Of a stretch of DNA of 64,000 nt, positions 22,201 to 37,800 are shown one piece after another. The notes beneath the pieces were generated by a model. That model made no database searches and was not told the origin of the DNA. It saw only the letters and a list, made by a program, of their open reading frames with translations. The DNA comes from Antechinus flavipes (lineage: Eukaryota), in contig NC_067400.1 of the NCBI RefSeq assembly GCF_016432865.1, forward strand, positions 624,526,001 through 624,590,000, in the 5' to 3' direction. The translations under genes and the position numbers were made by a program. Each line of letters opens with the position of its first letter. Position 1 is the first letter of the stretch.

Positions 22201-24512
22201 AGTTCAGCCGCGACCGGGAGAGCCGCTCTCCCTTCCTGAAGGCCGAGGAGAAGGCCTCCGGCGAGCCCGGCAAGGGGGTGGCCCCGGGAGGCCCCAAGCT
22301 CAAGAAGGCCAAAGTCAAGGCCAAGGCTGGCCTCAAAAAGGTCAAAGGGTCAAAAGTGAAGACGAAAGGCACCAAGACCAAGAAGAAGAAGGCCGGCGGG
22401 AGCGGCGCCGGGGCCACCCTGAAGAAGTCCAAGGCCGACAGCTGCAGCCAGGCCGGCCCCAAGGGGGCCGAGGAGACGTCCTGGTCCGGGGAGGAACGGG
22501 CCCCGGGCAAGCCCCCCAGCCCCCCCACCCCCAAGGCGGCCCCGCCTCCCCCAGCGCTCACCCCTGACTCGCAGACCGTGGACAGCAGCTGCAAGACGCC
22601 CGACGTGTCCTTCCTGCCCGAGGAACCGGCCAGGGCCGGGGGCCGCGGCCGAGGCCGTGGAGACCAGGAAGACGGGGAGGAGGAGGAGGAGGAGGAGGAA
22701 GAGGAAGAGGAGCAGCCGGGTACCACCACGGCCTCCGGGGGCGGAGCCGGGGGAGGCGCAGGAGGGGGAGGCGGCGGAGGCCCGGCCGAAGCCGTGCAGG
22801 AGGACGGACCCCCGGCCCGGGCCCCCCAGCCCCCGGCCCCTCCTCCCCCCATGCCTTGGAATTTGCCGGCCGGGGTGGATTGCGCCACCAGCGGCGTGTT
22901 GGCCTGTGAGTCTGGGCCGAGGTGGAGGGGCTGGCTGAGGGGGGGGTGATGGAGAACCTTGGGGGGGGGGGAGGCGGTGCTGAGGGGGTGCCGGGCCCCT
23001 GACACGTTCTCTCCCCACATCCTTCTGCCTCCCCAGTGACCGCCCTGCTCTTCAAGATGGAGGAGGCCAACCTGGCCAGCCGGGCCAAAGCCCAGGAGCT
23101 GATCCAGGCCACCAACCAGGTGGGCACTGCCCGGGGGCTGGGAATGGGGGGGTTGAGGGGGCCCGAGCGTCCGCCTTCACACGCGCTCTCCCCCGCAGAT
23201 CCTCGGCCACGCCAAGCCACCCTCGGCCCTGGGCGGGGCTCAGGCCCCCGGGGGGACCGTGCTGGGGCTCCCCCCCGGGCCTTCGGGCTACCTGCTTCAC
23301 GGTGGGGGCGGCATGGGGCTGCCTCTAGGAGGCTGCAGCTCCTCTCCCCCTTCACCTGGAGGCTTGGCCGGAGGCCCTGACCGGCGGGAAGGCAGCAGCA
23401 GCTCCGACGGGCGGATGGACACCGACAAAGTGAGTGTCCCCGGAGTGGGGAGGCCGAGGGGGCTGGGGGCCTGACGTCAGGCTGACGAGGAGCCGAGCTA
23501 GGAGCCCCCGGCCGTCGCGGCGCCCACGTCCTGCCGGAGAGCGCTGGGCGCGGGGAGGCTGCCCGTAGGAGGTGGCATTTGAGGTGGGGCTCAAAGGAAG
23601 CCTGGGAGGTCAGTGGTCAGAGCACAGGAGGCGGGGTGCCCCAGGCGTGGAACGGCGGTGGGGGGGATGCCCCGAGGGTCAGGGGCCATGGGCTAGGAAG
23701 ATCTCAGCGATTGGTACTGGAGCCCATGGCTGGGCGGGGGGAGTGGAGGCCGGTAGCCCCCCAGCAGCAGGTCGTCCAGGGTGGCAGCAGAGGAGGCGAT
23801 GGCCCCGGTCCCATCTTGGATCTGGGGAGGGATGGGGAGGATGGCCGAGAGGAGGGGGGAGGAGGGACACACCGAACATAAGCCGTCTCCCAGGTGGTTT
23901 CCAGGCGGAAAAAACCAGCTGAAGATGATAATTGGAGGGAGAAGAGGGCCCAGAGCCGAGCCTAAGGGACACTGGGGGTCAGAGGGCATGACGGGGTCAG
24001 CGGGAGGAGGGGAGGGGAGGACCACCCGGAGCAGAGCCGCCGCGGGCTCCGTCGGAAGGCGGCAGGACGGCACTCCTTCCTCCCCGTGACCCCGGCCCGC
24101 CCTCTGTTTGCCAGTACCTGAAGAAGCTGCACACGCAGGAGCGGGCAGTGGAGGAGGTGAAGCTGGCCATTAAGCCCTACTACCAGAAGAAGGACATCAC
24201 CAAGGACGAATACAAAGACATCCTGAGGAAGGCAGTGCACAAGGTGGGTGGGGCACCGTGGGGCAGGGGAGGGGGCGCCTCAGCCGGCCACTCGCGCTGA
24301 TCGTCCCTCCACACCCCCAGATCTGCCACAGCAAAAGCGGGGAGATCAACCCCGTGAAGGTGAGCAACCTGGTCCGAGCCTACGTCCAGCGCTACCGATA
24401 TTTTCGCAAGCACGGCCGCAAGCCTGGCGATCCCTCGGGGCCCTCACGCCAGTCCAAGGAGCCGGCGCCCCCCGACAAGTGCGGCCCAGTCCTGCCCGTG
24501 CCCCCACTCTGA
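19248..24512 (+). CDS. SCAF1: SR-related CTD-associated factor 1 (SR-A1); apparent frameshift in exon 7 in this assembly
   Basis: Coding exons: 19248-19373, 19451-19508, 19598-19692, 19776-19876, 19952-20073, 20163-22905, 23037-23119, 23199-23429, 24115-24243, 24321-24512 (TGA). Recognised peptides: [129 protein letters not shown]. Exon 7 is 1 nt out of phase (see findings). Confidence 0.95.
20490..20573 (+). repeat. Coding (GAG/GAA)n poly-Glu tract in SCAF1 exon 7
   Basis: Visible GAR run of roughly 25 codons. A second, shorter poly-Glu tract lies at ~22678-22712. Confidence 0.9.
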
Positions 24513-25053
24513 GCCCCGACATATTTATGTCTCTCCTTCCTCCCCTCTCCCCCCCACTGCCACGGCTTGGTGGGATTGGGGGGCATTGCGGGAGGGGACC
24601 CGTCTGGCCCCGCTAGCCTTCTCCCCACCCCCCCAGGCCCACTTCTTCCTTTCTCTTTGTGCCCTCTACTCTCCAGCCCTAGTTAAGGATTTCATGAAAT
24701 GTTACACCCTCCGGCTTTGTCTCCGGCCCTTTCTTTTTCTGGGGCTCAAGGTGGGGAGGGTACGGAAGGCCCCAAGCCCGGCTTTGCAGAGCCCCGCTCC
24801 CACGGAACCTGGGGGGGAGGAGAGCCACTTCTCCCCTGGGCCGGCTCCCAGCTACACGGCGAAGCCTAGCTTTCGGAGAGGTCCCCAGAGCCCACCGGCA
24901 GGAGCGAAGGCCAGGCCGGAGGGGAGATGAGGGGCTCGAGGTCCTTTAGCTGGGGAGGGACCTGCGGGCGGACGCCGGGACCCCCAGAGCCTCGCTGCGG
25001 GGAAGGCCAAAGACTAGATCAGAGGGCGACCGAAGAGATACGATAGCAGCCCT

Positions 25054-25059
25054 TTTATT
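25054..25059 (-). terminator. Polyadenylation signal AATAAA for IRF3
   Basis: TTTATT on the + strand, ~65 nt downstream of the IRF3 stop codon. Confidence 0.8.
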
Positions 25060-25122
25060 TTGCAGAGAAGGTACAGGCTCGGGGGAGGGGTCAGGGTGGC
25101 TCGGCCCGGAAGGGGGGACCCG

Positions 25123-27149
25123 TCAGCAGTGAGCCCCGGACTCCCACTGCATGGTGTGGGTCAGCTCCTGCAGGTAGCTGTGGAGCTGGGCAGGCGCCAG
25201 GGACAGGGAGAGGCTGCTGGAGATGTGCAGGTCCACCTCTTCCAGGGAGGACGCTCCCCCGGCCTGCGCCACTTCGTGGAGCGCCCGCAGGGCGGTGGGC
25301 ACCACCTGGAGAGGAGAGAGCGGCCGGCTCGAAGAAATGGCCCCCGTGCCAAGGGCCGCCCACTGCTCCACGGGTTCTCTTCGTTCCCCGCCCCCCCAGC
25401 AGCTAGGCCCCCTCAGAGCCTCCCCTGCTCACGGGCTGTTGTGGCAGCAGCCCCGTGGGCTCCGGCCCACCCCCTGCTTGGCACAGAGCTTGGCGCGAAA
25501 GTAGCAGAGCCAAAGCTAAGATTCCCAAACTCGGGGCTGGGCCCTGGAACGGGGGCAGCGGCCCGGGGCCTGTCGAGGCACCTTGACCATGATAAGCTTC
25601 TTGGTCCACGGCTGGGCTTCTGTGGGCCAAGCCTCCCCTAGGCTGAACCAGAGGGTGTACTGGGGCGAGTGGTGACTGCCTTCCAGGAAGGAGATGAGCT
25701 CTGGAGATACGCAAGAGGGGGTGCTCAGGGTCGGGCGCCCAGCCCTCCCGGGCCCTCCCCAGCCTCCCCAGCCTCACCGTTCACAAACTGGGAAATGTAG
25801 CAGACTTGCTGGCCGGTGCTCTCCTTGGTCACTTCCCTGCCTGTGGCCCCCGGGGCCAACTGCTCTCCCAGGGCCCAGTAGGCTCGACAGTGGCCCAGGC
25901 GCTGAGCCCGCAGCCCCGCCGGGGAGGTCCACAAGGCCAGCCCGGCCCCCAGGCTGCCCAGCACCCTGCCCACATAACGGGCTACCGCCTGATCAGCCAA
26001 GATGCTCCAGGGCTCGGGCAGGGCCAGGGCGGTTCCGGCCACCTGCGTCCTGGCCTCCGCCCCGGGGCCCGGCCCCACCAGCCGCAGGCCTTCCAGGCAG
26101 GAGAGGCACTCCCGAAGGACCTGGCGGCCCCTGTAGAAGGCCGTCACCTCGTACTCGGACTCTGGAGACAGAAGGGCAGGCCTGAAGGCCCCAGCTCCGG
26201 CCCGGCTCCCTCCCGCCTCCCAGCAGGCCTCCTACTCACGCAGGCCATTGGCCAGAAGCGCCATCAGGGGGTTGCTGGACGGGACCGGCTCTGGCATCTG
26301 GGGGAGCTGCTCCAGGATCGAGCTGGGGCTGAAGGCTAGGACGGGGAGCAGAGGAAGGGCTCAGCGCGTGCCCGCGGGAGCCCGGGTTCCAGGGACGCTT
26401 CCTCTCCCGGCTCTACCTTCGGGGGGCTGCTGCGGGGGCGGCTGCGGGGACAGGGTCAGCGTCTTCAGGATATCCTGTATGGCCTCCTGTGGGGAGAAGG
26501 GCATAAGTGGCACCCGGGAGCAGCCGGGCCGGGCCCACCCCTGCCCGGGCCGGGCCCTCACCTGCTCCAGCTCGGCTGCTCCGGGCTGGGGGCCCTCCCC
26601 GACCTCCGGCAAGAACTCGTAGATCTTGTGCGGGTTCTGCGGGTCCCGGCTGCAGTTGCTGAGCACGCGGAGGTTCTTCTTGCGGTCCAGCGCCGCCCGA
26701 AAGTTCCGTTTCCAGGTGGCTGGGTCGGGGGCGTCGATGCCAGGCCGATAGCTGCCGCTGGCCTCTGCCCACGCCTGCCGGGCCCAGGCGGCCGTGGGCT
26801 CGGAGTCGAGGGCGGGCCCCCCAGGAGACCGCCCCCCCAGGGGGCTGACCCCACAAGCCACGCCTCCGCCCGCAGGGGGCCTCAGGCGCACGCCCGCTCG
26901 CGGAGGCCACGCCCTCGCAACCCCGTCCCCTCTCTACCCTTCTCCCTCCCCGCCCCCCCTCCCCGCGCGTGTGTGGGGGCTCCGCACCTGGAAGATGCGG
27001 AAATCATCCTCCTGTAGGTCCTGGCGGAGCCCGTGCTTCCAGGGGATGTAGAAGTGCGTGCGCTCTTCATTGATCCACACGGCCCCCAGGAGCCCCGAGT
27101 CCAGCTGCTCCCGCAGCCAAGGAAGGATCCGCGGCTTGGTCTTGGCCAT
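25123..27149 (-). CDS. IRF3: Interferon regulatory factor 3 (408 aa)
   Basis: Exons: 27149-26988, 26774-26562, 26486-26417, 26335-26240, 26161-25778, 25700-25582, 25305-25123 (TGA); total 1227 nt, phases close. Five-Trp IRF DNA-binding domain (KPRILPWL...[10 protein letters not shown]...WKRNFR), IAD ([22 protein letters not shown]), GGASSLE and DLHISSS. Synteny next to SCAF1. The two short linker exons are less certain. Confidence 0.93.
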
Positions 27150-27399
27150 GACCCGGCCGGGCTGGGGGTGAGGAGGCCGCATTCAGCAAGGTGGAGGCCT
27201 CGGGGACAGCCCTACCTCCATATCTAGGGCTGGCGTGCGGGGTGGAGCGGGGGCCGAGAGCGGAAAAGGTTCGGGAAGCGTGGTCCAGGAAGTGGAGATC
27301 CCCGGGCCCATTCTGTGGATCAGGAAACTGAGGCGCCCACAAGAGCTGGGCAGGATCCGGACGTATCCCACCGCCCCACGGCTCGCGGAATTCCGACAC

Positions 27400-28859
27400 C
27401 TCCCCACACCCTGCCCCTCCCCTAGAATTTTTACCTAGTTTTGGGCTGGGGGAGTCGGGCACCTCAGGGTCCCTCCTTTCCGTTGGGCCGCCTCTCTTCG
27501 CCCCCTCCCTGTCAGCTGATTCCAATAGGTCAATTCCCCCACCCGCTAGCAAAGCCAGGAGGGACGAATGACATAAATGACGCCCCGTCTCTGGCCCTGC
27601 GCGCGGAAGCCTAGGGACTCCGCCTGAGGAGTCCCTAAAAAGTTTGGGGGGGAAAGTTCCGAGAGACTCCACCCCCTGGTCGCAACGGCCTTGGGAAACT
27701 ACAGTTCCCTTCCGTCCTTGCGCGCCGAGAAGCTTGTTCCTCGAAGTGGGGGCCCTAGTGCTTGCTGGTACTTGTAGTCTTTTGAAAGACGTCTCGACGG
27801 GGACGCTCCACCCTACCTCGTACCTCCTCCTTCCAAGTCCTAAGCTTGCAGTGTTGCACCCCCTGAGTCCGAGGCGGGCACTAGGCGCCTAGAACTCTTT
27901 TCACGTGCCTTTCCGGATTCGGACCCAGGAGGAACTGGAGCAGCGGGGGTTGGACGCCCTTGGCATCTCCCGCCAGTCTTGCCCTGGGTCGCCCAGGTTT
28001 TTGCAGCCCGCCGGATCTCTTTCCGGGTCCCTCCTCGTTCCCTTCTGTCTCTCCAAGGGTCTGTTATACGTCTGTCCTTCGGGTCTGCGTTCCCCCCGCC
28101 CCCATCCCGAGTCCCGCTTTCTCTCTTTGTGTCCCCAGATTTATATCTCCAGGTTGCTGCCTACATCTTGGGTCTGCCCCCTCTGCAATTCTCCATGTCT
28201 TTAGGCTCCCCGGCGTCCCTGCCTCCTTTGGAGACCATCTCTCTAGCAGCCCCCAACCCTGCTCGATCTCGGTGCTCCGAGATTGAGATGAACTTCAGGG
28301 GGGAATGGCACGACCCCCGGGGCTCAGAAATCCGTGCGGGCCGCTGATTGGCCTGGGCGGGACCAATGGATGGGACAAGTGCCTGACTCGGGGCTGACTG
28401 GCAGGGGGCGTATCGTGGGCGGAGTCCCGACTGGCAGGAGGGTTGGAGCACTACCGCCTCCTACTGTCCGGTCGAACCCAACGGGTAGTCTCGTTTTCTG
28501 GATCGCTCCCACTCCGCCGCCTTTGGCGGCTTCACGCCAATCAGAGAGGCTACGAGAACGATACGCGAGGGAGGGCATGCGCAGTGCCGCGGACTCGCCG
28601 ATGAGCGCATCAGCGCGGCGGGGCGGAGCAACGGAGAGATGGATAGCTCTGTCTGCGCGGGGTCCGCCGGGAAAGGGACGAGAGGGCGGGGGCTGATGTT
28701 ACGTATAGCCAATGACGACGCGAAACGTCAAGATGGGCGGGTGAGTCGTTCAATAAGAGTGCACGAGAGGTGGTACCCGCGGCGAACAGGGGGCGGTGCG
28801 CCCGCTAAAAGGCGGCCCCGGGGGAGCCGCGGGCGGGGGGCGAGTTGGGGGGAAAGAAG
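27400..28859. promoter_or_regulatory. Divergent IRF3 / PRMT1 promoter region (CpG island)
   Basis: Candidate IRF3 5'UTR donor at 27435 (AG|GTAAAA on -). ZNF143/THAP11-type ACTACAGTTCCC at 27698-27709. CCAAT boxes near 28346, 28364, 28537 and 28709. NRF1-like GCATGCGCA at ~28575. YY1-like AAGATGGCGGC overlapping the PRMT1 ATG. Confidence 0.75.
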
Positions 28860-32863
<4,004 letters not shown>

Positions 32864-33069
32864 TAGGCCTCCCGCCTCGGCCAGCCCACCCCACCCCAGG
32901 GAGCCGGCGGGGGCCAGCTTGATGGTTTGAGGGCCCCCTAGCCCCTTCCCCTGTCCTCTGTCCTCCACCCCCAAGCCCTGCTCCCTCCCGTGGGTGAGTG
33001 AGGGGCCCAAGGGCGACATCGTGACTGTGTTTTTCATAACTTATGTTTTTATATGGTTGCATTCATGAT

Positions 33070-33075
33070 AATAAA
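33070..33075 (+). terminator. Polyadenylation signal AATAAA for PRMT1
   Basis: AATAAA 265 nt after the PRMT1 stop codon, preceded by a U-rich element. Confidence 0.85.
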
Positions 33076-34019
33076 TCGTCAGCTGGGACGTGGGGAGTAA
33101 ACCTTGGGCTGGGCCAGGGTGGGATGTGGGGAGGGCTGGGCTTGGGGGTCTCCTGCCCCCTGGGGGAAGCTCTTAGTCTCTTCCCCACGTCTCAGAACCT
33201 TCTTCCCCTTGGGTCATCTGATCCCCTTGCCCCATTTGGGGATCGCCTGGCCTGGGGCAGCTGCCTCCGAGGGAAGGCCCTCCTCCCTTGCTCCCTCCTT
33301 TCCCAGAAGTGGCCCCTATGGCAGCCCCTCCCCTTCAGCGATTGTTCCTCGAATGGAAGGGCCCCCACCGAGACAAAGCTTGCCCTGGCCTGCAGGAGGT
33401 GCCTGGGGATGCTGCCCTCTTGGATCCCCGGGCTCCACCCCCCCCCCCCCCAAAGGAGCTGACCCACATTCCCCTTCCCCAAGTCTGGCCCAGGGCTTTG
33501 TCTACACAAAGGTTCCCATCTGCCCTGCACAAGCCTCGGCTCCAACTCGGGTTAACCCGAGGGCTTTAGTTGTGTCTGGCAGACACTTCATAGGGGGGGA
33601 AACTGAGGGAATCACATTGAAGTGACTTGTCTGGACTTAGCCTGTGGCTAAGTCGGAGCTGCCTTCAGGAACGCTCTAGGGGGGGGGAAGCCAGACCACC
33701 GGGAACCCCTCTTCTAGGCTCTGGTGGATAGGTCACAGCTTCCAGCCTGGTCTCTATAAATCTAAAAAGTCGGGGAAGAAGTCCTGGCCCCCAACAGGAT
33801 GTCCAGCATGCTCCGTGCTCTGCAGACCCGAACCTCCTGCCTGGGTCGTGAGAAGCCCAGCACACTGGGAGGTTGGGGCGCGGATCAGGTGGCTCCTCCC
33901 CCTGCTCCAGGAGAGCCTCTGTCCCCGCATGAATGGGGAACCACCGGTTCCTCAATGCCTCAGTCCCTCTGGCAAGGACAATGCACCTAGCTGGGGGGCT
34001 GGGGGAGGAGACTACCCCC

Positions 34020-34226
34020 CCCCAATTGGGAGCGATAGAACGCACACATGCGCACGGAGTCTGCGGGGGCTAGATAGATCCCCCCCCCCGTGCGTGACGT
34101 GATGTGGGGGAAGGGGACATCGGGCGCAGGCGCAGACGACAGGGGGGCGGGGGGAAAGCTTAAGATTCCATCGATAGGAGGGGGGGGTGGCTCTTCGCAT
34201 GTTGAAGATCTCCAAGCGCAGTGAGT
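34020..34226 (+). promoter_or_regulatory. Probable CPT1C promoter and non-coding first exon
   Basis: CpG cluster with CCAAT (~34022), NRF1-like CACATGCGCA (~34045), CRE-like TGACGTGA (~34095), and consensus donor CGCA|GTGAGT at 34221. An ACTACAACTCCCA motif lies on - at 34759-34771. Confidence 0.55.
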
Positions 34227-34854
34227 AACGAGACGATAGCTCCTGGCGAGTAGCCCGGGTCAGGAGCTGGAGGAAGAGAGTCCTGGGATCCACCTGGGTG
34301 GGAGTTGAAGGAGGGGGCCGCAGGTGGGCTGTGGCTGAGGGTCGATATCCGGGGATCTGGGATTGGCGTCCCGGTAAGTGAGCGGGGAGTCGGTACCCCG
34401 GGTCTCCATCCCTGGGCTGCCGGCCCTTCTCTCTTGTTCTTAAGCATCCCAGGCTTTGGAGCATGCGCGGTGGATAAACTTGGGCTCTGCGGGACCCTTC
34501 TCCAGCCCCTTCCTAAGAACTCCGCCCCTTGCTTTCCTGAAGCTATTAAATACAGTGATACCCGGGCGGGGGCGGGGGCGGGGGAGGAACGGTGTCTTGG
34601 GCCGCTTCTTTCCCATCCCGGAGCGGGGTGTGATGGATGGAAGCACGGGCACTTGAGGTGCGGAGCCAGCCGCTTTCTGTGCACCCCGAACTGCATCTCC
34701 CAGCAGGCCCTACGGCGGCCCCCTTCGGGCAACCCCTTTCATGGTGCCCAAAGTCTCATGGGAGTTGTAGTCAGTTCTTGGGGGTTGAGCTGCTCCAGGG
34801 TCGGAGGGGCTTGGGGGCCAATCTCTGCTCCCCCTCCCCGGGTCCCAGGGCGCC

Positions 34855-37800
34855 ATGGCCGAGGCCCGCCAGGCAGCGACCTTCCGCCTAGAGCTCGGCC
34901 AGGGGACCCCCGGGCCAAGGTGGTGGAATCAAGCCTTGAAGGAGGTCGGCAGTGCGGGACTGCGCTCCTGGAGGCGGAGCCTGGCCCAGTGCAGGGTAAG
35001 GGGGGCTTTCGGCTCTCCGGGCTACCCCCCCGCCCCCTCCCCCATCCTGCCATCCTCCCGGCTCACCCTCGCTCCGGGGCACTGCCAGGGTCGTGCTGCC
35101 CACGCAAGCCTCTCCGCCCCCTTTAGGGACCCTCCCCTGCAGCGGCTCTGCTGTCCAAGGTCCTGGAAGCCCAGCCCGCAGGGGCCCGTCCGGGTTGGCC
35201 CTGGCCAGCCCAAGTAGCTTGTGGCTTCCGCTGCCCCCAGTCCCGGCACGTGGCGGCCAGCCTGGCTTCTGTCCCGGCAGGATGATGTCCTCCGCGGAGC
35301 CTGTCCGGCCGGCACTGCCAGCGGCCTCTTCCTCTTCGCCGCCATCCAGGGCGCCCGCTTCGTGCAGCTGGACCCCTCCTTGGGGCTGGTGGACTGGATC
35401 AAGGCCAACCTCCCGGACTGGTGAGGCTCGGGGGCGGCTCCAGCCGGGCCTGCGGGCCCTCTGCCCAGCCCCGGTGTGGGCTCCCACCTGGGCCCCGGGC
35501 GGTCCAGGGCAGGGCCTGGCCCAGGGGCGGGGGTGGGGCGGGGTGGGGTGCTGTTCAGACTCCCGGCCCGGGGGCTGAGCCCCAGCCTGGTCCCCCTCCC
35601 CTCTCCCCAGGGGTGCGCGCCGGCTCCCCGCCTTCCAAGGGGCTCTGGCAGCCGCCGTCTTCGCCGGGGGCCTCTGGACGGCCCTGCTGCTGACCCTGCA
35701 TGTGGTACTGCGGCTCCTCCTCCGCTACCAGGGCTGGCTGAGCGAGCCTCGGGGGACCCTGTCCTTGCCCACGCGCTCCTGGCTGGTATGAGGAGCCTTG
35801 GGGGCCGGCTTCCGCCTCCGCTGGCCCCACCTGGTCTCTGTGTCTCAGTGTCTCTGCTTTGTCTTGGGGACTGGGGGCCCTGAAGGAAGGGGGAGAGGGT
35901 CTGGGTCAGGGCCCCGTGCTTCCTGCCTCCCCCAGGCCCTGGTCAGGATCTTCTCCGGCCGCCGCCCGACGCTCTACACCTACCAGCGTTCCCTGCCCTG
36001 CCTACCCCTGCCCTCTACGGCGGGCACCGTGGCCAAGGTGGGCATGGCGCTGCCGAGAGCACCCCGATGCCCGAGAGTCGGGGACTGAGAATCCACGTAT
36101 GGGGATGTGGGGGGTCGGGGGACTTGGGGACCCGAGAGTCAGGGGGTCTTGGGGGCTAGGGGATCTGAGAGTCGGGGGGACGTGGGGACTGGGGATATGG
36201 GGACTTGGGGACCCGAGAGTCAGCAGCCAGCATGGCGAGCCAGGAAATCAGGGGTTCACGGGATTAGGGTCTTGGAGTCCCGGGTGGCCAGGGCCGGAGC
36301 TCGGTCGTGTCCCCCCCAGTACTTGGAGTCGGTGCGACCACTGCTGCCGGATGAGGATTTCCAGGCCCTGAGCACCCAGGCTCGGACCTTCCTCCACGCG
36401 GAGGCCCCCCGGCTGCAGGCTCTTCTGGGCCTCAAGGCCTGGTGGGCGACCAATTATGTGAGTGCCGCATCTGCTCCTCAGGGTGTCCCTGCGGGGGGGG
36501 GGGGCACGGCCCGTTCTGACCCAGTGCCCCCCACAGGTGAGTGACTGGTGGGAAGAATACGTCTACCTGCGGTCCCGAAGCTCCCTGCTGGGCAGCAGCA
36601 ACTACTACATCCTGGTGAGCCCCTCCCCCCGGGCTCCCATGGCTGAAGCTGTGCCAGCTGGGAAGGGGGGCCTGGGGGCGGTGGGAGAGCGGGTGCAGCA
36701 GCTTCCGCCTGCCCGCAGGACTTCCTCTCGGCGGCCCCCACTCCTCTGCAGGCCGCCCGGGCCGGCAACGCCGTGTACGCCATGATGAGGTTCCGGGAGC
36801 GGCTTCGGCGAGGGGAGATGGAGCCCGTAAGAGGCTGGGAGGGAGGGGCGGCGGGAGGGAGTGGCCGGGAGCCCGTGGCCCAGCCGGGGGTCATTCCCGC
36901 CTCCCTCGGTCCAGGCGACCCTGCTGGGGCTGCGCCCGCTGTGCTCGGCCCAATACCGGCGCATGTTCAACACCACCCGGATCCCTGGCGTCTCCAGAGG
37001 TGAGAGATTCTGGACCGGAACCCCTGCCCTCTGCCCAGGGGACCCCGGACAAGGGACGATCCCCTGGCGCAGTGTGGGCTTCCAGGGAAGGAGACCCGGG
37101 TCCCCCTGCCGCCTCCCGGGCAGCCAGCGAGCGTTTACGAGGCCCCTGTGGGTGCCGGGTCCTGGGCGGGAAGGGTGCCCGCTTTCTGTGCCGTCAGGGA
37201 CGAGAAACGCCGGGGCCGGTGGCCCGATGGCGTCTGCGGCCCGGGGAGAGGCGGGTTCTCGCCCTTTGGCCGCCGCCTTCCCCTATGCTGACCTCTGACC
37301 TCGGGCACCCACGGCCTCCTCCCCAGATCGGCTGTGCCACGTGAGGGACAGCCGCAGCTGCCACGTGGCCGTCCTGCACCGGGGCCGCTTCTTCCGCCTG
37401 GGGACCCACGGGGGGCCGGGGGGCCGCCTGCTGAGCCCCCGTGTTCTGGAGCAGAAGTTTCAGCACATCCTGGATGACCCGGCCCCAGCCCGGCCCTCTG
37501 AGGAGCACCTGGCGGCCCTGACGGCCGCTCCCAGGTAGGCGGGCTCCCCGGCGGGCTGTGGCCCTGGGGGTCGGGGGTCTGGCCGCATTCTGAGCCGCCC
37601 CCTGCCCCAACAGGGCCCTGTGGGCTCAGGCTCGGGCCTCCCTGCGGGCAGGGGCCGCCCTGGACGTGGTGGAAGGGGCCGCCTTCTTCGTGTGCTTGGA
37701 GGACACCCCGGGGCCCTCGGACACGGCCCCCGAGGTGCTGCTGGACCAGCTGGCACAGTCCCTGCTGGTGGGGACCGGCCACAGCAGGTGAGCCCCGTGG

